Assembly: GCA_044356295.1 (NCBI GenBank)
Contig: JBIKWN010000064.1
Location: 1 to 13,918 of the forward strand
DNA from: Bdellovibrionota bacterium
GTDB lineage: Bacteria; Bdellovibrionota_C; UBA2361; JBIKWN01
Direction of reading: 5' to 3'
Length of the DNA stretch: 13,918 nt
The translations under genes and the position numbers were made by a program. Shown piece after piece: positions 8,270 to 13,918 of this stretch (the first letter of the stretch is position 1; each line of letters begins with the position of its first letter). The notes beneath the pieces are model-generated. The model saw only the letters and a program-made list of their open reading frames with translations. It did not search any database and was not told the DNA's origin.

Positions 8270-8342
8270 CTAACGGCAGATTTTAATCAAAACTCCATAG
8301 AGCCCAAATTCTCTATTAACGTAGGGGGATAAGAGATAGCAA

Positions 8343-8774
8343 CTACAATGACGATGTTAAAATAATTGTCCAAGGGATAATCGCGGCAATCAGGTAAAAG
8401 CAGTTGATACCCCAAATAGCATTAGAAATCCAAGAAATTTTGTTAGACAGGGATGCGAGGAGAACGATTGACGCTACAGCAAAACTCTTTACGAAGATTA
8501 GCGATCCAGTGATACCAAGAAAGGGGAAAAAAAGATGAATTATCGGATTTGCTTCGATATCAGTTCCAAACCAAGAGATACCAGTAAGGGTAAACTTAAG
8601 ATCTAATAATTGAACTATAATTAAAAGCGCATAGGGTATGAAGGCGGCGAAATTTGTATCGCTTTTAACCGTATTAGACTGCGCTGCTAGCTCAGTAGCA
8701 AAATACCGGTTTCTGAGAGGGCAAATAACTTGGCTAGAATCAGCGGGGAACATAGTGGTGATATGAGACCACAT
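8343..8774 (-). CDS. Small integral membrane protein, DUF5658-like
   Basis: LLIIVQLLDLKFTLTGI...G...EANPII...G...IFVK matches the D-x3-T...E-x-N-P...K pattern of DUF5658; about three hydrophobic segments. Start uncertain (ATG8774, ATG8753 or further downstream). Confidence 0.7.
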   Translation of the reverse strand: MWSHITTMFPADSSQVICPLRNRYFATELAAQSNTVKSDTNFAAFIPYALLIIVQLLDLKFTLTGISWFGTDIEANPIIHLFFPFLGITGSLIFVKSFAVASIVLLASLSNKISWISNAIWGINCFYLIAAIIPWTIILTSSL

Positions 8775-8783
8775 TCAGCCTTG

Positions 8784-8816
8784 GTGACTCAAGAGGGTGA
8801 AAATTTCTTAAGTCAC
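8784..8816. repeat. Imperfect inverted repeat in the divergent intergenic region (candidate operator or hairpin)
   Basis: GTGACTCAAGA (8784-8794) and TCTTAAGTCAC (8806-8816): 10 of 11 positions complementary, 11-nt spacer. Confidence 0.55.
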
Positions 8817-8855
8817 TGATCTTATTACCTTGTGCATAACTAAAATACGTAATCT

Positions 8856-9731
8856 ATGAGTTTAATTGAACAAAAAATAGTTGATTTAGCGCCGCACTTA
8901 AAGCTTGATATGGCATTAGATAGAGTCTATGCATATCGAATGAGGCAGTTCGGGAAGGATGCATTTTCTGTCATTGAAAATGATCCAGAACTGTTTTTGA
9001 ATAAGATGAAAGCGTGGGTAAGTGCACGCTCAATGATACGATCTGTAAAAATTGAGAATAAAGCAGAACAAGTTCTTGCAAAAGATTTCATCTGTAGAAT
9101 TCTGAGAAATTCAGAAAGCAGCAGTGGCATCGCAGAAAAGTTTATAAAGTTATTTGAAGCAGTCCCTTCAAAGTCTTTTCCTTTGGCAGTAATAAAGACA
9201 TTAAGGGAAGATTTTCCAACCGAAAGTTCAAAAAGAGAATTAAGAATCATTAGCGGATTATTAGAAGCTTTTGCAATTCGAGGTGATTGTGTTCATTTTG
9301 AATCTACTTTGACAGACTTTTCGCATAAAAATTTTATTTCCGTAGCTGCATTAGAAGCAATTAAAGGAGACGGACGAAGATATGAAATCTCTGAACAGAC
9401 AGGACTTCGTGTATGTAAACTCGCAAAAAATACTCCCTCGTTCGATAGAATGACTTTAGGCTTATTCTCAAATAGGGATAAAAGCGCAGTTTTCTTAGCT
9501 CAATTATCCTATTCTCTGAATCATTCATTTCCAGTAGATAAAGCACATCAAATGTTACTTATAGGATTTGATCTTTATACTCAGAGTTCTTTGAATGGAA
9601 ATGAGAAATTTCTTTTTGAAATGAAAAATCTTTTCTGTAGTAAACCGAATATGAGATCTGGTTTGATGAAAATAGAAGAAGGAAAGTTGATACAAGCTAT
9701 CGAAGAACTAGAATTAAAAAGAGCTAATTGA
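8856..9731 (+). CDS. Hypothetical protein, 291 aa, probably soluble and helix-rich
   Basis: Long ATG-initiated ORF that fills the gap between two minus-strand genes, with protein-like composition. No motif, signal peptide or TM segment recognised. Confidence 0.75.
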   Translation: MSLIEQKIVDLAPHLKLDMALDRVYAYRMRQFGKDAFSVIENDPELFLNKMKAWVSARSMIRSVKIENKAEQVLAKDFICRILRNSESSSGIAEKFIKLFEAVPSKSFPLAVIKTLREDFPTESSKRELRIISGLLEAFAIRGDCVHFESTLTDFSHKNFISVAALEAIKGDGRRYEISEQTGLRVCKLAKNTPSFDRMTLGLFSNRDKSAVFLAQLSYSLNHSFPVDKAHQMLLIGFDLYTQSSLNGNEKFLFEMKNLFCSKPNMRSGLMKIEEGKLIQAIEELELKRAN

Positions 9732-9936
9732 ACCTATCAAGACTTGCGAGATCTTCAAGCTCTTTAACAAGGCTAAACACTTTCTCTTTAATATCATCAG
9801 CAAGTACACCAATGAGTGTGCCTGTTTGACTTAAAACGTTATCAGCATGAACAGTTTCTCGTGCAATCCATTCAGCAGATGACTCTATGTGTTCAAGCCG
9901 GCTTGTAATATCGAGTAGCTTATCTATTGTTTGCAT
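9724..9936 (-). CDS. Small hypothetical protein (~70 aa), predicted helical hairpin
   Basis: The C-terminal 70 codons of the 122-aa track ORF (MQTIDKLLDITSRLEHIESSAEWIARE...ELEDLASLDRFN) show amphipathic heptad-like patterning. Starting at ATG9936 removes the 101-nt overlap with the upstream lipoprotein gene. Confidence 0.65.
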   Translation of the reverse strand: MQTIDKLLDITSRLEHIESSAEWIARETVHADNVLSQTGTLIGVLADDIKEKVFSLVKELEDLASLDRFN

Positions 9937-9991
9937 AGTCTTGTTTAGATGAGCTTCAAATAGTGCAAGATTCATCCAGACGAGAATTGTA

Positions 9992-11557
9992 TCAGTTCGG
10001 TATAATTCGATAAGTAATTTCAATAGCTTGTGGGGATATTGAAACCTCACCTTGTGCATGTCCGAGCCCCTTGAGATATACAATATCTTCATTCGAAAGG
10101 TACTGTTCGCCTTTTGTTAAAAAGGAAAATGAAGATTGTAAATCTTCAATTGCTTTACCAAACTGAGAAAAATTAATTGAGCCAGATGAAAGAATGCTTT
10201 TTGTTGAAGGAGGTGCATCTTTTGCATTAAGTACTTTGCTTATGGCGTCTTCAGAGGTTGTCAGGATTAAAGAGTCATTAGTAGCAGAACCTGAAGTAGC
10301 AAGAAATGCTCCTATTCCAAATGGAGTATTCATGTAAGATACAGCATGACCTTGTAGCTCTTTTTGTTTCCACTGATTTGCTGGCACCATTTCAGAAAGA
10401 GAACCTTTAAGCTCTTGCTCTACGACTTCTTTCAATTGTTGAGCTTTATCGTGACGTAATTCTAAAAAGACTGAAGGAAAAGTACCTTCTGTTGGTGCAG
10501 CAATAAAGCCCAATGACAATCCAGCAATTTGTTGAACAAGGTCTGGAGATGTAATAAGAGATTTTTGCTCTTTATCTAGAGTTGAAAAACCGCTTTCTAT
10601 CAATGTACTTGTTACTGCTTTATTAACACCGAATTGGAGAATTGAGTTATCGATAACTCGGGGTAGTACGCTTCCTGCCCTGCTAATGTCAGTGATAAAT
10701 TTAGTTTGAGCATCATTTTTCGGTGCAAGCGCTACTGTAATAGCAATTTCATGTTGATAGCTAGCATTATAGGGGATAGCTTTCTGAATAATATCCAAAG
10801 ACTCAATAGGATTATTTTCAACAGAGATCGGGTCTGTTGAATCTTGTTGTGCAGATTTGAATCCCTCAACTATAGCTGCATGACCAATTCGTCCAATTCC
10901 AAGTTGTTCTTTATCTTTAAAAGAGAGCAGGTCCTTAGATATCGATGTCAATAAAGCAGGAATGTTTGCTTGGCCGGGTGCGAGCTCGTTTAAAACATTT
11001 TTGGTTGATTCTTTATTTAGTCCAAAAGAGAGGGAATTTTTTTGGCATGCAAGATAGAACGTTATTCCATCTTTAGTGAAAGATTCTTTGTCAGAGCTAG
11101 AGAATCCTCCCTTTATAAAACTCTCGGAGATCTTGTTTTTTACTGTACACCCATCAATCTCACTACTCAGTTCAACAGCAACTAATGGCTCTATTGTATT
11201 ATTTTGGCCACTGCGAAAACCCACTGTGACAAAGGATGGTTGGGTTGAAAGGATTTCTTGAGGAACAAATTCTTTGAAGTTGATTGTTGGATCAATTTTT
11301 TCAATATGTTTTAAAATCGATTCAAGGCCAGCACCTTTATCATTTGAATTCAAAGGTGAAGACTTTGGTTTCATCGCATAAAAGGCGGAGGTGTCAGAGG
11401 GGATATTGAGGAGAAAGGGATGAATAGTAGAGACAGCAGAGGTACTATTAGTTTTGTTGCAGGATGATAAAAAAAGTATTGCTGAGACAGAGAAGAAAAT
11501 GAAAAGGAGACGCGATATAGTACTTGAGAATTCGTCTTGTTTAAGATGGCACGTCAT
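9992..11557 (-). CDS. Putative lipoprotein, 521 aa, DUF3352-like
   Basis: Hydrophobic LLFIFFSVSAILF followed by lipobox LSSC (Cys33) and an S/T/N-rich tether. The LLNIPSDT start of the mature domain and an apparent internal duplication resemble DUF3352 proteins; the family call is tentative. Confidence 0.65.
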   Translation of the reverse strand: MTCHLKQDEFSSTISRLLFIFFSVSAILFLSSCNKTNSTSAVSTIHPFLLNIPSDTSAFYAMKPKSSPLNSNDKGAGLESILKHIEKIDPTINFKEFVPQEILSTQPSFVTVGFRSGQNNTIEPLVAVELSSEIDGCTVKNKISESFIKGGFSSSDKESFTKDGITFYLACQKNSLSFGLNKESTKNVLNELAPGQANIPALLTSISKDLLSFKDKEQLGIGRIGHAAIVEGFKSAQQDSTDPISVENNPIESLDIIQKAIPYNASYQHEIAITVALAPKNDAQTKFITDISRAGSVLPRVIDNSILQFGVNKAVTSTLIESGFSTLDKEQKSLITSPDLVQQIAGLSLGFIAAPTEGTFPSVFLELRHDKAQQLKEVVEQELKGSLSEMVPANQWKQKELQGHAVSYMNTPFGIGAFLATSGSATNDSLILTTSEDAISKVLNAKDAPPSTKSILSSGSINFSQFGKAIEDLQSSFSFLTKGEQYLSNEDIVYLKGLGHAQGEVSISPQAIEITYRIIPN

Positions 11558-11732
11558 AATTGGATTAAAATTTTGATAGTAAAGATTGGCTGGTTTTTGA
11601 TTTAGAAATGTCTAACATTTGCACTCGTAAGCTCGAAAAAAAACAAGTCTAAATCTGAGTATCCCGTAGTATATCCATATCTGCTTATATTTCACCATCA
11701 GATTATGAAAAAATAATACCGCAACAGCCATT

Positions 11733-11760
11733 TTGCAAAGTGAACATTATTGGGTACTTT
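11733..11760 (+). promoter_or_regulatory. Possible sigma70-type promoter for the large ORF
   Basis: TTGCAA (11733-11738), 16-nt spacer, TACTTT (11755-11760), ending 17 nt before ATG11778. Only a modest match in AT-rich DNA. Confidence 0.3.
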
Positions 11761-11777
11761 TTTCTCGATTAGCTCAG

Positions 11778-13918
11778 ATGAAAAAGGTACTCTTTACCCC
11801 AATGCAGTCCCAGTCCCTTGTCACTGAACAGTTTATTCCGAAAGCTATTGATCCTTCAGAGAGGTTTACATCTTCTTTAAAGAGTTTAATTGCCTCTATC
11901 CCTAAATCAGAGCGTAAAGAAATCCGAATTGGAACTGCGGCATCGGCTATTTTAAATCTATGTAATGATGATTTTTCCGATGCCCAAACACTCGTCGATA
12001 CGATTAGTTGTTTTGAAAGCTCGTCTATTCAAAATGAACTACTAAAACTGGTGATTAGTATTCCTAAGAAATCTCAAGGGACTGTATCTTTTAATGATGT
12101 CGATAGAGCGTACACAAATTTATTTCACGCAGGAGAAAATCAGCGCGGAATTCTTAGTCTTAAATTAAATCTTCCTAGCTTAGTCGTTTTTCTTGATGAT
12201 CCTTTATCGAACGAAATTACAGATGAATCTTCTAAGTCAGCTAAAAAAGTTCAATCACTTGTCCTTCACTATGTTTCATTCCAGAAAAAAAATCAGGGAA
12301 GTGTTGAAAGTATCGAAGCCAGAACTTTGTGTTCATCTTTATTGAAATTTGCCAAAACACAACAAGAATTTTTTGCCCTTACGTTTGATGCAATTCAAGT
12401 TTCTTCCGAGACCTTTCTTGATAGTGTTCGCTCCTTGCACCTTTTAAATTCTGCACAGGATGAATCAAAACATTTATCATCTGTATTGGATTCTTTGGGT
12501 GTTCTAGTAGGAAAAAATCTCCCCATGAAAAGGAGGGGTGAGCATGTTCGATCCAAAGTGCCTAGTCGCGTTACTATGCTTCTCAAAATTTCAGCTTTTT
12601 TAGATTCGGTAGATAATCCCGATTTTAATAAGCTGCTTCTTGATAATCCCGGTCTGTTAAAAATACTTCTGACCTCTTACGATAGAATACCTTCTGAGGA
12701 AAAACTGACCAATGCTTTAAAGCATCTCAAGATCTTGCTGGTGCAATCAAACGATCAAGATACAGTTATTACTAATGCTCAAAAAGTTTTTGGCTCATCT
12801 GCTTCTGACTTTTTTAAGAATCTTGGTTGGCGTTCCTTTCTTGGTTTAGAAATGATTGCGCTAAAAAAAATCAGTAATTATGACCCAGAATCATTCAGTC
12901 AAGGACTTCGAGTTTTTTTCTCGTCTAAAAATTGGGGTCATAAAACAAGTCCGTCACATGATGATTTAAATAGAGTAGGTGATGCATATCTTATGCTCTC
13001 TGATCACTGGAGGCGAAATTGGGATTTTGAAACTACTCCGGATCCAAATCACGCACAGAGCTCTGCATTTGAAATTGGAATTTTGGGTGGTGCTGCACTT
13101 AATAGTTTTACCGATCATCCTAACGCATCGCCGCTTAGAACTAAATTTGATAGAATGATTCGTGCTTACCGTGGATTATCATATGAGATATCAAGATTTG
13201 GTGTTGCTCCGCAGGATTTGATGAGAGTGCTGAGCATCGTTCCGCAACGAGAATCGAGTGCTAATGCGAGATTAGATGAAATACTACTGATGGACATGTT
13301 CGTCGATGGCCATTCTACAGAAGAATATAAAGCTGCTGCTAACATTCGAGCGTATCAAATTCGTTCATTTATCCTTCCGATGATTGATTCTGATCGCAGT
13401 GATAAAGTATTTAAAAACTCATTTTGCGCGACAACGTACGAGCTTTCTAAAAAATTTCAAAAAAGTAACGGACGACTCCCCGAAGAGTTTCACAAACAAA
13501 TTATATCTCTCACAAAACAGTACGGAATAAATTTTGTTGATTGGATAAACGACTGTTTTGCTATAAAGGAGTGTACAGAAAAAGATCTCATTCCATTTAT
13601 ACGATTTTGCGTTTCATCTCTTTCAGAACTTCCTCCAGAAGACGGTCTTTTATCTGCAAATACTTCAAGCCAACAAGTAGCTTGTTTGTTCTCATTATGG
13701 CAGCAAGCTAAAAAAAGTAATGAAGAGGGAAGGTATAGATTATTTGCCAGTCAGTTATTGCTTCAGTGGAATGATCTTAACATAGAATCGATAATGAGCG
13801 TCCTTAACCTCCCTTTAGAGGAATTTTATTCCTTTTGGGATTTACATCACGATCTACTGTTTGATGCAGCGGCAAAGTATCCGAAGTATCTGCCTACGAG
13901 TGTTTGGCTCAGTTTTAT
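11778..13918 (+). CDS. Large hypothetical protein (>=713 aa), 3'-truncated by the window edge; absent from the supplied ORF track
   Basis: Manual translation from ATG11778 (MKKVLFTPMQSQSLVTEQFIPKAIDPSERF...) reads without a stop to the last full codon (...AAAKYPKYLPTSVWLSF). The upstream in-frame stop is TGA11706-11708. Alternative starts are ATG11802 and TTG11733. Confidence 0.88.
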   Translation, partial: MKKVLFTPMQSQSLVTEQFIPKAIDPSERFTSSLKSLIASIPKSERKEIRIGTAASAILNLCNDDFSDAQTLVDTISCFESSSIQNELLKLVISIPKKSQGTVSFNDVDRAYTNLFHAGENQRGILSLKLNLPSLVVFLDDPLSNEITDESSKSAKKVQSLVLHYVSFQKKNQGSVESIEARTLCSSLLKFAKTQQEFFALTFDAIQVSSETFLDSVRSLHLLNSAQDESKHLSSVLDSLGVLVGKNLPMKRRGEHVRSKVPSRVTMLLKISAFLDSVDNPDFNKLLLDNPGLLKILLTSYDRIPSEEKLTNALKHLKILLVQSNDQDTVITNAQKVFGSSASDFFKNLGWRSFLGLEMIALKKISNYDPESFSQGLRVFFSSKNWGHKTSPSHDDLNRVGDAYLMLSDHWRRNWDFETTPDPNHAQSSAFEIGILGGAALNSFTDHPNASPLRTKFDRMIRAYRGLSYEISRFGVAPQDLMRVLSIVPQRESSANARLDEILLMDMFVDGHSTEEYKAAANIRAYQIRSFILPMIDSDRSDKVFKNSFCATTYELSKKFQKSNGRLPEEFHKQIISLTKQYGINFVDWINDCFAIKECTEKDLIPFIRFCVSSLSELPPEDGLLSANTSSQQVACLFSLWQQAKKSNEEGRYRLFASQLLLQWNDLNIESIMSVLNLPLEEFYSFWDLHHDLLFDAAAKYPKYLPTSVWLSF

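Noticed and set aside
9937..10092. N-terminal extension of the 122-aa minus-strand ORF
   Set aside because: It overlaps the lipoprotein gene by 101 nt in another frame; ATG9936 is the more parsimonious start.
5896..11261. Short ORFs 5896-6117, 5961-6170, 6940-7221, 8927-9250, 9361-9546 and 11076-11261
   Set aside because: Each is nested within a longer, better-supported CDS and has no independent evidence.
11547..11563. TGGCACG as a sigma54 -24 element
   Set aside because: There is no TTGC/GC at the -12 position (the sequence continues TCATAATT), and it lies over the lipoprotein's first codons.
12395..12586. 63-aa minus-strand ORF
   Set aside because: It is an antisense shadow of the large + strand ORF starting at 11778.
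6753..13918. Right half as a prophage, defence island or mobile element
   Set aside because: I recognised no integrase, transposase, phage structural, nuclease, NTPase, RT or toxin-antitoxin motifs, and no att sites, tRNA or CRISPR repeats. The genes are in mixed orientation rather than one cassette.

Overview
An AT-rich chromosomal window from a Gram-negative bacterium. The gene content (LPS core enzymes, an HDOD protein, a GspC-like PDZ protein) is compatible with a deltaproteobacterial/Bdellovibrionota-like lineage, but this is inference only. The left half (1-6748, + strand) is one tightly packed putative operon: a 5'-truncated NAD-dependent sugar epimerase (UDP-glucuronate 4-epimerase-like), a WaaF-like GT9, a KdkA-like Kdo kinase, a WaaC-like GT9, a stand-alone heptose-7-phosphate kinase (RfaE domain I/HldA), yicC, gmk, and a small lipoprotein made essentially of a GspC-type PDZ module. 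The right half holds poorly characterised genes in mixed orientation: a degenerate HDOD + GAF-like protein, a DUF5658-like membrane protein, a 291-aa orphan, a ~70-aa helical protein and a DUF3352-like lipoprotein. It ends with a >=713-codon orphan ORF (11778 to the window end) that the supplied ORF track omits because it has no stop codon in the window. I saw no RNA genes, CRISPR arrays, integrases or transposases. I cannot support a complete novel system. The best leads are the stand-alone GspC-PDZ lipoprotein, the large unlisted ORF, the His-less HDOD-GAF protein and an inverted repeat in a divergent promoter.
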